A DNA stretch of 42,072 nucleotides from Callorhinchus milii (lineage: Eukaryota): contig NW_024705472.1 of NCBI RefSeq assembly GCF_018977255.1, forward strand, positions 1 through 42,072, in the 5' to 3' direction. The first letter of the stretch is position 1. Each line of letters opens with the position of its first letter. The position numbers and the translations under genes were made by a program. This document shows positions 1-12,669 of the stretch, piece by piece. Under the pieces are notes generated by a model, which saw only the letters and a list, made by a program, of their open reading frames with translations, had not been told where the DNA came from and did no database searches.

Positions 1-150
1 AGCAAATAATTGGAGGATGCTGAGAAAATTCCACGCGACCACCACTGGGAGATAGACACAAACACTCCAAATATACAGCAGCGGCAGTCATGGTCAGGGT
101 CGGGATCAAACTACAAGCTCCTGCATACCAGGTGAGGGAGATGACATCAG
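1..150 (-). mobile_element. V-SINE-like SINE, 5' part (cut by the window edge)
   Basis: Reverse complement matches 28779-29050. Confidence 0.65.
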
Positions 151-389
151 GCAGATCGAGAGTCAGCCCAGTGAGAAAGAGGCACCACGCCCGGCCACCT
201 TTGTCTCGCTCGTGTCAAATGTTTACACATCACACAAGCAGAGGGCAGTGCAGCGTGAACCATTGTTGTACTGCACCTCTACGCTTCCACCTTCACGAGC
301 CCCACCATCGCCAACGAGCACTGACGAGAGCGGTGAAGTATGGTCAAATAACCCCCCCCTGGATGCGCACGGCGAGGGGAGGCGCTCAC

Positions 390-1562
390 AGACAATGTCT
401 GTCTGTGATGTGAGAGTGTGCGAGGCTGTGACACACAATGTCTGTGTGTGGATGTGAGAGTGTGCGAGGCTGTGACACACAATGTGTGTGTGTGGATGTG
501 AGAGTGTGCGAGGCTGTGACACACAATGGTGTGTGTGGATGTGAGAGTGTGCGAGACTGTGACACACAATGTGTGTGTGTGGTGTGAGAGTGTGCGAGGC
601 TGTGACACACAATGTGTGTGTGTGGGTGTGAGAGTGTGCGAGGCTGTGACACACAATGTCTGTGTGTGGATGTGAGAGTGTGCGAGACTGTGACACACAA
701 TTGTGTGTGGTGTGTGGATGTGAGTGTGCTAGGCTGTGACACACAATGTGTGTGTGTGGATGTGAGAGTGTGCGAGGCTGTGACACACAATGTCTGTGTG
801 TGTGGATGTGAGAGGGTGCTAGGCTGTGACACACAATGTGTCTGTGTGTGGATGTGAGAGTGTGCGAGGCTGTGACACACAATGTGTGTGTGTGGATGTG
901 AGAGTGTGCTAGGCTGTGAACACAATGTGTGTGTGTGGATGTGAGAGTGTGCTAGGCTGTGACACACAATGTCTGTGTGTGGTGTGGGAATGTGCGAGGC
1001 TGTGTCACACAATGTGTGTGTGTGTGGATGTGAGAGTGTGCTAGGCTGTGTCACACAATGTCTGTGTGTGGATGTGAGAGTGTGCTAGGCTGTGACACAC
1101 AATGTCTGTGTGTGGATGAGAGTGTGCGAGGCTGTGTCACACAATGTCTGTGTGTGGATGTGAGAGTGTGCGAGCTGTGACACACAATGTCTGTGTGTGG
1201 ATGTGAGAGTGTGCTAGGCTGTGACACACAATGTCTGTGTGTGGATGTGAGAGTGTGCGAGGCTGTGACACACAATGTCTGTGTGTGGATGTGAGAGTGT
1301 GCGAGGCTGTGACACACAATGTGTGTGTGTGGATGTGAGAGTGTGCGAGGCTGTGACACACAATGTCTGTGTGTGGTTGAGAGAGTGTGCGAGGCTGTGA
1401 CACACAATGTCTGTGTGTGGATGTGAGAGTGTGCTAGGCTGTGACACACAATGTCTGTGTGTGGATGTGGGAGTGTGCGAGGCTGTGTCACACAATGTGT
1501 GTGTGTGGGTGTGAGAGTGTGCGAGGCTGTGACACACGATGTCTGTGTGTGGATGTGAGAGT
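390..1562 (+). repeat. 44-bp GT-rich minisatellite (GTGAGAGTGTGCGAGGCTGTGACACACAATGTCTGTGTGTGGAT), about 26 units, TRIM A last intron
   Basis: Tandem periodicity read directly from the sequence. Confidence 0.95.
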
Positions 1563-1619
1563 GGCGTTAACATCGTGGTGCTGGCATCATCACCGCTCTT
1601 CACTACCACTGCACACACG

Positions 1620-4052
1620 AATATTAGAATATATGAACGTTAATACTAACGAATATTAGTATGTGTACACTAATTCTAACTAATATTAGTATGTGTACAC
1701 TAATACTAACGAATATTAGTTTGTGTACACTAATACTAACGAATATTAGTTTGTGTACACTAATACTAACGAATATTAGTATATGTACACTAATACTAAC
1801 GAATATTAGTATGTGTACACTAATACTAACGAATATTAGTATATGTACACTAATACTAACGAATATTAGTTGTGTACACTAATACTAACGAATATTAGTA
1901 TATGTACACTAATACTAACGAATATTAGTTTATGTACACTAATACTAACTAATATTAGTGTGTGTACACTAATACTAACTAATATTAGTATGTGTACACT
2001 AATACTAACTAATATTAGTGTGTACACTAATACTAACTAATATTAGTATGTGTACACTAATACTAACTAATATTAGTATGTGTACACTAATACTAACTAA
2101 TATTAGTATGTGTACACTAAACTAACTAATATTAGTATGTGTACACTAATACTAACTAATATTAGTATGTGTACACTAATACTAACTAATATTAGTATGT
2201 GTACACTAATACTAACAATATTAGTATATGTACACTAATACTAACTAATATTAGTATGTGTACACTAATACTAACTAATATTAGTATGTGTACACTAATA
2301 CTAACTAATATTAGTATGTGTACACTAATACTAACGATATTAGTATGTGTACACTAATACTAACTAATATTAGTGTGTACACTAATACTAACTAATATTA
2401 GTATGTGTACACTAATACTAACTAATATTAGTATGTATGTACACTAATACTAACTAATATTAGTGTGTGTACACTAATACTAACTAATATTAGTATATGT
2501 ACACTAATACTAACGAATATTAGTATGTGTACACTAATACTAACTAATATTAGTATGTACACTAATACTAACGAATATTAGTATGTGTACACTAATACTA
2601 ACTAATATTAGTTGTGTATACTAATACTAACTAATATTAGTATGTGTACACTAATACTAACGAATATTAGTTGTGTACACTAATACTAACGAATATTAGT
2701 TGTGTACACTAATACTAACGAATATTATTTGTGTACACTAATACTAACGAATATTAGTATGTGTACACTAATACTAACGAATATTAATTTGTGTACACTA
2801 ATACTAACGAATATTAGTGTGTGTACACTAATACTAACGAATATTAGTATGTGTACACTAATACTAACGAATATTAGTGTGTACACTAATACTAACGAAT
2901 ATTAGTTGTGTACAATATAACGAATATTAGTATGTGTACACTAATACTAACGAATATTAGTTTGTGTACACTAATACTAACGAATATTAGTGTGTACACT
3001 AATACTAACTAATATTAGTATGTGTACACTAATACTAACGAATATTAGTTTGTGTACACTAATACTAACGAATATTAGTATGTGTACACTAATACTAACG
3101 AATATTAGTATGTGTACACTAATACTAACGAATAATAGTGTGTACACTAATACTAACGAATATTAGTATGTGTACACTAGTCAAACTAATATTAGTTATG
3201 TACACTAATACTAACGAATATTAGTTTGTGTACACTAATACTAACGAATATTAGTATGTGTACACTAATACTAACGAATATTAGTATGTGTACACTAATA
3301 CTAACTAATATTAGTTGTGTACACTAATACTAACGAATATTAGTTGTGTACACTAATACTAACGAATATTAGTATGTGTACACTAATACTAACTAATATT
3401 AGTTGTGTACACTAATACTAACGAATATTAGTTGTGTACACTAATACTAACGAATATTAGTATGTGTACACTAATACTAACGAATATTAGTATGTGTACA
3501 CTAATACATATTAGTTTGTACACTAATACTAACGAATATTAGTATGTGTACACTAATACTAACGAATATTAGTTGTGTACACTAATACTAACTAATATAG
3601 TATGTGTACACTAATACTAACGAATATTAGTATGTGTACACTAATACTAACGAATATTAGTATGTGTACACTAATACTAACGAATATTAGTTTGTGTACA
3701 CTAATACTAACGAATATTAGTTGTGTACACTAATACTAACGAATATTAGTTGTGTACACTAATACTAACGAATATTAGTATGTGTACACTAATACTAACG
3801 AATATTAGTTGTGTACACTAATACTAACGAATATTAGTATGTGTACACTAATACTAACGAATATTAGTATGTGTACACTAATACTAACTAATATTAGTAT
3901 GTGTAAAAAAAAAAAAAAATAAATGTGACACTAATACTCAGGCCTAACCTAAGTATATATGTAGTAAACTAATAAAGAAATATGGTGTACACTAACACTA
4001 ACTAATATTTAGTATGTGTAACACTAATAATAACTAATATAGTATTGTAAAC

Positions 4053-4085
<33 letters not shown>

Positions 4086-4215
4086 CATAACAAAACTAAT
4101 AATAATATTAATATTTGTACACTAATACTAAATAATATTAGTATGTGTACACTAATACTAACTAATATTAGTATGTACACTAACACTAACTAATATTAGT
4201 ATGTGTACACTAATA
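1620..4215 (+). repeat. 30-bp AT-rich minisatellite (ATGTGTACACTAATACTAAC[G/T]AATATTAGT), about 85 units, abutting the PRY/SPRY acceptor
   Basis: Tandem periodicity. Degraded, poly-A-interrupted stretch at about 3900-4130. Confidence 0.95.
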
Positions 4216-4225
4216 CTCACCACAG

Positions 4226-4768
4226 ATGGACGCTCACCGACTCTGGACACAAACTCAGCCCACGACGACCTCCAGATTTCCTCGGATCTCAGGACGGTGA
4301 CGTGGAGCGATGTCCCCAGGGTCGCCCCCATCACCCACACCGCTTTGATGTCTTCCACAAGCCCTGTGCTCTGAGAGCTTCTCGTCGGGTCAGCACTACT
4401 GGGAGGTGGACGTGGGGAGCGCGAGTGGGGTGTCGGGTTGGAGTCGCGTACGGGACGATCCCACGGAGAGGGGTGGTGCTGAGTGCCGCCTGGGAGGGAG
4501 TGACGTCTCCTGGTGTCTACAGAAACATGGCGACAGCTTCTCAGTGCGGCATGGCGGGGTAGTGACGTCACTGTCGGTGCCGCAGCCTCCGCGGAGAGTC
4601 GGGGTCCACCTGGACTGGGACGCGGGGCTGCTGTCGTTTTACAGCGCCGACTCCATGGCGCTGTTACACTCGTTTAAAAAAACTTTCACTCAGCCCCTAC
4701 ACCCTGGGCTGTGGGGTGGGGGTGTTGGTGACTCAGTGAGGATTGTGGATCTGAGTGGCGCGTCCTGA
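4226..4768 (+). CDS. TRIM copy A terminal PRY/SPRY exon (upstream exons lie outside the window; several 1-nt indels as assembled)
   Basis: cacag|ATGGACGC acceptor, B30.2 motifs across frames, same stop and 3' flank as copies B and C. Confidence 0.82.
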
Positions 4769-5125
4769 GAGAGGTGAACGTGAACAGCGCAGAGGGCAGA
4801 CGCCACCACGACGCACGGCGCTCGCCACCCTCGTCACCGCCACGCGCAGCGCCACGCCCGTGACTGGCTGGTGGCTGTCGGTGGCTAGGGGCTGCGTGGC
4901 TCTCCATCACAACGGGGGGGGCTGAGCGTAAACAATCCTCACAATCTTAGGGGGGGGGTGATAAAATAGTACCGCTCTGTGTGTGTGTGAAGCCAGCGTG
5001 GATGTATTCACCCTGCCAGAGGAGTGTGACTGTGGTGTAGGGTGCAGTGATTAGCAATGGTGAACTGGGATGTGTTTATACATGGTGTCATGGGTTGTGG
5101 AGAGACACAACAACAATAATATTAT

Positions 5126-5272
5126 ATTCTTTACGTTCTTTCGGTAAAGTCACGTAGATAAAAAAAGAAAAAATAAGAAAAATTTAATAATAAACATTAA
5201 ATACAAATGTAAATGAAACCAAAAATTCATGACGTTTTGATCGCAACACAAGCGGCCGTCATCAGTCAAGAA
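5126..5272 (-). mobile_element. Penelope-like fragment with degenerate hammerhead (GAAA changed to AAAA) in the TRIM 3' flank/UTR; paralogues at 20270-20415 (-) and 25985-26135 (+)
   Basis: CTGATGA-c-GGCCGC(ttgtgtt)GCGATC-AAAACGTC plus the shared GTGACTTTACCGAAAGAAC end. Confidence 0.65.
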
Positions 5273-5597
5273 AAGTTTTACGTCAAAACAATAATTATTG
5301 ATTTTTAAAAGTATAAATGTCCGCGTACGACAGTGGCAATGTAACGCTTGTATCGTCGATTCTACAATAAAAATACAGAACACAACAACAACAATGTAGT
5401 TGTGTACAGCGTCATTCGTGCTCACTGCATCCCGCAACGCCGTTCATTAATTAAACACGAGGACCAAATCCTCTACACAGCCACTGCCAAGCAAATTAAA
5501 TCTACAAATTAATAAACAAATAAAGAGACGGCGCCAAACACAAAAGGCGCCAACAATGTCCGAGCTGTTCAAGTTGTCTGCTGCTGCGTCATGGACG

Positions 5598-6270
5598 TGG
5601 TGACGTCACCACGCACGCTCCCAACGTGTGACGTCACCACGCACGCCCCAACGTGGACGTCACCACGCACGCTCCCCCAACGTGGTGACGTCACCGCCCC
5701 CCCAACGTGTGACGTCACCACGCACGCTCCCCACGGTGACGTCACCACGCACGCTCCCCCCGTGACGTCACCACTCTCCCCCCTACGCCCGCCCTCACCA
5801 CTGCACCATCTGTGACACAAAGAGCTTCACAGCTCATCGGATTCCTCCTGCACCACAAACACAGATTCTGACGTTCTGGATTCCCGCCACTCGGGGAGTC
5901 CCTCGCTGTGACGTCACCACGTCACCGCGTTGGCGACAACAAAAACAAACAGAGGCCCTGAGGGGCACCCTGCAGCCTCGCTGCTGTGACCCAGCACTGT
6001 GGGGGGGGGGGGGGTTGGTGACGTCACCTCGCTGCTGTGACCCAGCACTGTGGGGGGGGGGGGGTTGGTGACGTCACCTCGCTGCTGTGACCCAGCACTG
6101 TGGGGGGGGGGGGTTGGTGACGTCACCTCGCTGCTGTGACCCAGCACTGTGGGGGGGGGGGTTGGTGACGTCACCTCGCTGCTGTGACCCAGCACTGTGG
6201 GGGGGGGGTTGGTGACGTCACCTCGCTGCTGTGACCCAGCACTGTGGGGGGGGGGGTGGTGACGTCACCG
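5598..6270 (+). repeat. CRE-palindrome (TGACGTCA) repeat cluster: ~30-bp units at 5598-5775 plus six ~50-bp G-run units at 5976-6270
   Basis: Unit GGTGACGTCACCTCGCTGCTGTGACCCAGCACTGTG(n)TT. Confidence 0.9.
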
Positions 6271-6344
6271 CTGACGCTGCTGGGAACTCCCCGCGAGGGC
6301 GCCACGTGACCACGTGGTGCTCGTCAGGAGAAAGTGGTAGAGCA

Positions 6345-6443
6345 GCAACAACAACCACCACAACAACCACCACCACAACAACCACAACAATTACCAGTAC
6401 AACAACAACCACCACCAAAATCACCACCACAACAACAGCCACC
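6345..6443 (+). repeat. (ACA/ACC)n trinucleotide microsatellite; longer paralogue at 21420-21563
   Basis: Direct reading. Confidence 0.85.
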
Positions 6444-7116
6444 AGGGGAGGGGTAGAGGTGGGGGGGTTGTCTGGGGGGGGGGGCTTGGGGTTGTCACGT
6501 GATAGGAGGGACCCCTAGGGGGTGGGGGAGATGGGGATGTTGGGGGTCACGTGGGGTTCATTGTTTCACTGCCGGCACTGGTCCAGAGTTGCGGACCGAG
6601 TCACGAATCGCGACCGATTCCCAGACGCCGTTTGGGTCCCTGCGCTGCCTGGAGCGGTGTTGGTGCGCGCCACGCGAGGGCGCTGCCACTCCACCGCAGG
6701 GATTCGCGGGGCGCGCTGAGCAATGAAAGTGCACGGGAGATTTCACAAGAGGCTGTGGCCAAATCAACCCGGAATGTCGCCGATTTTTTTTCCAGATCTC
6801 GGAAGCTGCAGGTGAGCCTGGACTGTGGCGCTGGGATTGGTGAGCGGCGTGCACGTCGGAGTGCGGTGTGCAGATTGCGCGTTGTGCCTCTCTCCGATGC
6901 GCTTTCAGGTTCTGCCGCTTGTTGATCAGCGCGATGTCTGTGACGTTCCCTCCACGTGCTGGGAGCATCGTCAAGATTTGAAGCTTCTTCAGTTGAAAGC
7001 TGAAACGTGGGGAGCATTGACAGCTTTCATTCTTCGTTACGGTGGAGCTGAGATTCCAATCATAATTGTTAAGTTATTTAATGAGCTTCAGGATACTCCT
7101 CGAGCAATGGGGTAAT

Positions 7117-7456
7117 TTCGATTTAAAGCTTTCGTGACTGCAGGGATTCATCTTCTTGGTTCTTTCGGTAAAGTCAAGGAAAATAATAAAATAATAAAAA
7201 TAAAACATAATAAAATAATTCTCACGACGTTCGGCCACAACGCAAGCAGCCGTCTTCAGGTGGAGAACAGGTCTGTCGAGAAGGCAGAGTCTGACTGTTT
7301 AGAAGGCAGAGTCTGCCTTCTCGACAGACCTGTTCTCCACCTGAAGACGGCTGCTTGCGTTGTGGCCGAAACGTCGTGAGAATTATTTTATTATGTTTTA
7401 TTTTTATTATTTTATTATTTTCCTTCTACGTGACTTTACCGAAAGAACCAAGAAGA
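7117..7456. mobile_element. Penelope-like (pLTR-derived) fold-back insertion carrying a hammerhead motif
   Basis: 12-bp TSD CAATGGGGTAAT at 7105-7116 and 7457-7468. A ~34-nt tail precedes ~140-bp inverted arms (7151-7456). The paralogous site near 22235 is empty. Confidence 0.8.
7333..7382 (+). ncRNA. Minimal type I hammerhead ribozyme motif
   Basis: CTGAAGA-c-GGCTGC(ttgcgtt)GTGGCC-GAAA-CGTC, palindromic ACGT stem III, stem I TTCTCCAC/GTGAGAA. Predicted cleavage after C7375. Confidence 0.75.
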
Positions 7457-8429
7457 CAATGGGGTAATGTTTTGCATATTTGTTCAAGTAAAGAGACATT
7501 GACTGGACATGAAGGGACTCGCTTTTGTCCTCTTCAATCGATCTTCAGTCTGCGTGCCAACGTCGCCCTCACTAAAGTGGGCATCGGTGCACATCGCAGC
7601 AGCACGGGAACGGTACCGGGGCCACAGAGCAACGGGAATGGAATAAAAGAAACCCGTCACGACCTCAGCAGCAACCATCTACTGAGCAAAGTGAACTTGC
7701 AAATGAGCGCAAAGAATAGCAGAAGAACATTACGTAGCAAATAAAGTGAATAATAAGTAAAGCAAATGAATAATACAATTAATAATGTGAATGAATAATA
7801 AAATGAACAAAATACATGTAAATAAAATTACTAAGATATATTACAATTTACTAATTTAAATAAACAAAAAAAGTTATATTTTGGCCATGCTGACACCTGA
7901 TGTCATAACCCCTCTAAAACTCTAAAAACTCCCCTCCCTGCCTCCGGAGGTCATCCCAAGATTGTGTGAGCGCAGATGTTCTTAATTGCCCCTGGTGTGG
8001 TGTGTGTCTGTCGTCTTGTTGATTGTGAAGCGGCCTTCCCCCCTCTTTAGGTCGACTCATCCTTAATATGAATTCCTGCTGCAGCATGCAATGACAGCCA
8101 CTGGGAAGACAAAGGCGGTTGGGCAGGCTCTGGATATACCCTTGGGATACATGTTATTCTGGACGTGGAGAATTACATAATTCGTATGATGTGTTTTTTT
8201 AGAACGTACTAAATCCAGAGAAAAAAAACTGATACGTTAAAAATAGGCAATATCACTCTTAATATACATTTTTGGAAAAGGCAAATATACAACACGGACG
8301 GGAAACAGATGACTTTTTATAGATATATGCAGGCTCGAGGGAGACAGATTCATGTACGGGAGCATACAGACGGGACAGAGACGGCTTTATACAAGCGGTG
8401 AGTGAGAAAGAGAGAGACAGACCGTAGGT

Positions 8430-8668
8430 CCGTGTGTGAGTGTGCGAGTGAGTGAGTGATTGTGTGTAAGTGTGAGTGAGTGGTGTGAGTGTGTGTGAGT
8501 GTGTAAGTGTGTAAGTGAGTGTGTGTGAGTGTGTAAGTGTGAGTGAGTGTGTAAGTGTGTAGAGTGAGTGATGTGTGTGAGTGTGTGTGTGAGCGTTGAG
8601 TGATGTGTAAGTGAGTGAGTGTGTAAGTGAGTGAGTGTGTAAGTGTGTGTGAGTGAGTTGTGAGTGTA
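8430..8668 (+). repeat. (GT/GTGA)n compound microsatellite
   Basis: Direct reading. Confidence 0.85.
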
Positions 8669-10029
8669 ACCGAATGCGTAGGCGGGTGTGGCTGCGCGGC
8701 ACCCGAGGGGTGCTGAGCTGTCACCGAACCGGCTCTCCCGGGACGCTGCGAGGATTTTTTGGCTGCAAAACCCGCGGCGGATCACGCTGCCTGCCTGGCC
8801 TGGAGCCACTGCGCCTCACTCAGCACTGAGCCGTCGCTGCTGCTGCTGCACCGAGGAATGAGCCGTGGACATCGTGGGAACCCCCTTCACTCGCATTGGT
8901 GACCTTGTAGAAGGAAGCTTTCAAATGCAGTGCCGCGTTTTTATCCGTTAGTAAGCTAAGCAGATGAGTCCAGGCCGTGTTCAGTGGAATCCAGGTCGGG
9001 TTTTCCCACGAGTCCGACTGGGGTGTAGAGTCCAAGGCATTCGTTATCTGCTGTGAACAACCCGCAGAGCCCAAGAGAGCGTCTCCGGGTTCAAGCAGCG
9101 TTTAGAGTGCAGTATTTAGATTATTTGGCTGCTATGCATTTCCAACATGATGAGCCACTTTGTTGAGCTGTCATTTGTGATGGGCAGGTCGCTTCTGAAA
9201 AATAAGCTAATAGCTCAGTGGGGCATTACACCTGGTTAAATAAAAATAGTTTAGTTTTATTGGTAAAAAATATTGCAATCATAGTGAACGCCGATGGGCA
9301 TTTGTGTTGCTGCGTGTGCATGCGTGTTGAGTAGCCGTGCGTGTGAATGTGAAACAACAACGCAGGTGAAGTAAGCGGTGGGTGCGGCTGTGAATGGCCG
9401 GCACGGGGATCTGCAGTCTCGGACAAGGTGAGAGTGAGAGACGGTGACATCGCCAGCAGTGGGTGATGGAGGCAGGTAGAGTTGGTGATAGATTCACACT
9501 GCTAGCAAAAGGCTCAAGATTCCAGGATCTGTCACGGGAGGCTACACGCAATTTTTTTATTATATACGCGCTTTCTTTTAACTCACTCTGTTGTCTGTTG
9601 TCGTTGTTGTATCCTCAAATCTTGTAACTCAATTTTAACCCACTTCCCAATGTGGTATCGACTGCAAACTTGGTATACTTATGTCACACTGATGACAATG
9701 CTATATTCTATCATAAAAAAAAAAATCATATTTTTAAACATTATTTTTATATGTTATGTTTCGGTTTGGGTCTAATTGTCCACGGTCAACTGACATTGGC
9801 TGTAATTGGCCACGGTCCTTACGTCATGGCAAGCTTCGGGGCCACTTCCTGGAGTCGTGAGTTCTGCCATTACTAGTACATTTCATAAAAGCGTGTTTAA
9901 AAAAGTTTTTTTAATATTACTTATTTTTCTGATGCCACGATGACATTCAAGCAACTTGTCACGTTGGGGTAATTACACGGAGATGGAGTTACAGACATCA
10001 TGAGATATCTACAACTATGCAACTATTAT

Positions 10030-10310
10030 TTAATTTTAGCAGGTAAGGCTCACTGAGCTGTGTAGCTATTTTTCAGAAACGACCTGGCCACAAATGATGG
10101 CTTATCACGTGGAAATGTATTGCAGCCAACTACTCTAAACGCGTGATGTTGATTGTAAATGTGGAGGGAAAACCGGAGGACCCGGAGAAAAATTCACGCG
10201 ACCACGAGAGAGAGAGACGCAAACTTTAAATATAAAGCAGGCGTCAGGTCGGGATCAAATCCCACACCTCCTGTATACCGGGCGAGGGAGATAACATCTT
10301 GCCACCAACT
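10030..10310 (-). mobile_element. V-SINE-like SINE upstream of TRIM B
   Basis: Reverse complement of the 13446-13745 family. Confidence 0.75.
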
Positions 10311-10631
10311 TGCTGTAGAAGGATGAGTTCATCTCTCGACACTCATCTCACGAATGAGCCAACGCAGCTGAGCCTCACCGATTTATATTAACAACAGCAC
10401 TCATTTCTTTAAATGTCAAGGTGTGTACAGTAGCCGTGTTCACCTTGAGGCTGCTGTTTGCACACCTCAGGGCGCGGGTTCACATTCCAGGCGGTGTCTC
10501 GTGATGTCAGTGACGACAATGAAAGCATTTCAAGTATTTTACTTCCTTCTTCACCGTCGCTATAAGAGAGAGGTCCTGGTCCAGCGTCTCTCTGAGCCAC
10601 ACAGCGAGCGATCCCAGCGAAGCCATGGGTC

Positions 10632-11186
10632 ATGGCGAGCGCGACTCCCAGTGAGAGTGTGGATAGTGAGCTGCGCTGCTCCATCTGCCTGGGCACGTTC
10701 GTCTGCCCCTCCACGCTGAGCTGCGGACACTCGTTCTGCCTGCGGTGCCTGGAGGCCGCCTGGGAGACGGCGAGCAGCTTCAGCTGCCCGCAGTGCCGAG
10801 CGACCTTCCCTGTGCGACCCCAGCTGAGGAGGAACGTGGCCCTCGCCAACCTGGCGGAGCAGCTCAGAGTTGGAGACGGGATGGCCGCGGCCGTCGTGTG
10901 TGACACTGCAGTGATGGCCACACTCCTGCAGTGAAGACCTGCCTGAGATGTGAGATGTCCTTCTGTGCGACGCACTTGAGGCCTCACTTGGAGAATCCCA
11001 GGCTGAGTGATCACGTCCTGGTGGCTCCCATCGCGAACCTGGAGGAGCGACGCTGCCGGAGCACAGACAGGAGCTCATTCTTTACTGTGAACAGGACGAA
11101 ATCCCGGTCTGCACAGTCTGCGCCATCGGAGGAGACCACTCTGGACACAGGTCATCGCAGTGGAAAGAGTGCAACAGACAAGACAG
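10632..11186 (+). CDS. TRIM copy B exon 1: RING, B-box1, B-box2 (three 1-nt deletions)
   Basis: ORFs 10632-10934 and 10931-11233 carry the RING and B-box1 motifs in different frames. 555 nt versus 558 nt in copy C. Donor CAG|GTGAAG. Confidence 0.85.
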
Positions 11187-11857
11187 GTGAAGTGTCATGT
11201 TCCTTTGTAATCCACATTGTTACAGGAGGTTGAGAGATTCACATCAGTAGGTCGTGACTCCTCACCTCAACCAGGTGAGCTCCTGTTGAGACCAAACGGC
11301 CCTCTACAGGGAGACCCAGGTAGAGGTGGAAGGGGGGCTCAGACGTCAGAACGCTGAGATGGTAACGATGTAATTCTGAGTTGGAATCAAGTCGGCCGCC
11401 CATGGTTTAAACCGGATTCTCAAGTTTAGTGAGTTGATGGTCTAAGCCGAGTAAACATTTGACAGCACGTTAACAATATTTTGCGTTAGAATAAAAATCT
11501 TAGTTTGACTAAGTGAGAAACGTTGCTATGTATAGTAAGGCGTGTGAGAAACAACTACACCCATCGCTGGAAGAGGTTAAAAACATATTTAGAATGTACG
11601 TGATATTTGTTGATGATGTTGTAGGAGGATATTGCATAGCTCCACGGTAGTTCCTTTGGATTCTTCATCTCAATAATAACACGGATAGTGCAGTCAGATA
11701 CAATCATGGTGAAAGTATAAATGGAGACGTATGCTGAAACATGACAACAAATGTGTGTATGTGTGTTGAACTTTTTCGTAGCCAACGGCCTAATCAGTGA
11801 TCCACCAATGGCAATAGTGAGCACCTCGTATTTATTGATTTATTTACCACAACGCAG

Positions 11858-11952
11858 GAGGAGCTCAGAGTCAAGAAGGAGGGGAGAGAGGAGAAGAGGA
11901 ACACGGCGGCGTCACGGCACGGACACTCAGGGACGACTACCGATACGTGGAG
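11858..11952 (+). CDS. TRIM copy B exon 2 (95 nt, one 1-nt deletion)
   Basis: cgcag|GAGGAGCTC...GTGGAG|gtacag. TCACGGCACGG here versus TCACGGACACGG in copy C. Confidence 0.8.
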
Positions 11953-12023
11953 GTACAGTGAGAGGCGGCAGCCGCACAAATCCCTCTTCTGGTTTGCATA
12001 CGAATCGTATTTAAGTAAACCTA

Positions 12024-12130
12024 ACTCTTATTATACTCTTTGGTTCTTTCGGTAAAGTCACGTAGGTAGAAATAATAATAGATCACGACGTTTCGATCGC
12101 AACGCAAGCAATCCTCATAAGGTGAGATAA
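12024..12130 (-). mobile_element. Penelope-like fragment with mutated hammerhead core (CTTATGA), TRIM B intron 2
   Basis: Paralogue of 32422-32527. Confidence 0.65.
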
Positions 12131-12669
12131 CCACAGCAAAAAAAAACTGCTGAAGTAACTCTTATTATTGACGAGCACTTCCCCACGCGTCGGGACGGAT
12201 ATAACTTCGGTGAATTGCAAGCAGTGTGGATTTCAAGCGAATCGTTTGCCAATGACAACTCACTGGCTGCCTACTATAAATATACAAAATCAACGACATC
12301 ACACTGTAACAGAGAAAAGTGTGAGTTCGTAACTGTGTCCTAAAACATTTTTAAAGCCCATTTTTTGAGGACATAACCTTTATAAAACTTTAATCTTCAA
12401 CTAAATATATTCCTTTTGTGTATCTTTACACATCAGGAAAAAAATGTGGGAAACATTACAACTGGTTTAGGATGGTCCCATTTGCAACACACGTTTACGA
12501 CGTGATTAGGCCACCACGCAATAAAACAGAAACTTAATTGATGACGCAACTTTCAACATGACAGCAGTTTTGGTTTTGGAGGGATGGAATCGATCCACGC
12601 TAGACGATGCATTGGTGACTTTCCCTGTCGATTCGTTTATTGCTCACAACCTCCATTTTGACCCCACCA

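Noticed and set aside
223..1618. Long His/Thr/Cys-rich ORFs (also 16722-17506, 8259-8809, 34522-35646)
   Set aside because: They are translations of tandem repeats, open in several frames, with no domain or splice support.
3900..4130. Poly-A tracts suggesting a retroposed tail
   Set aside because: They sit in garbled satellite units with no TSD and are absent from copies B and C, so low-quality sequence is more likely.
1620..4215. CRISPR-like array
   Set aside because: Units are head-to-tail with no unique spacers, the context is a eukaryotic intron, and no cas genes are present.
6795..6811. Apparent micro-exon ttccag|ATCTCGGAAGCTGCAG|gtgagc
   Set aside because: The donor and length are not preserved in the paralogue near 21920, and no partner exons were found.
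9757..9770. ISRE-like motifs (GTTTCGGTTTG here; GTTTCATTTCC near 36479)
   Set aside because: They are imperfect, single, outside the promoter block shared by B and C, and expected by chance.
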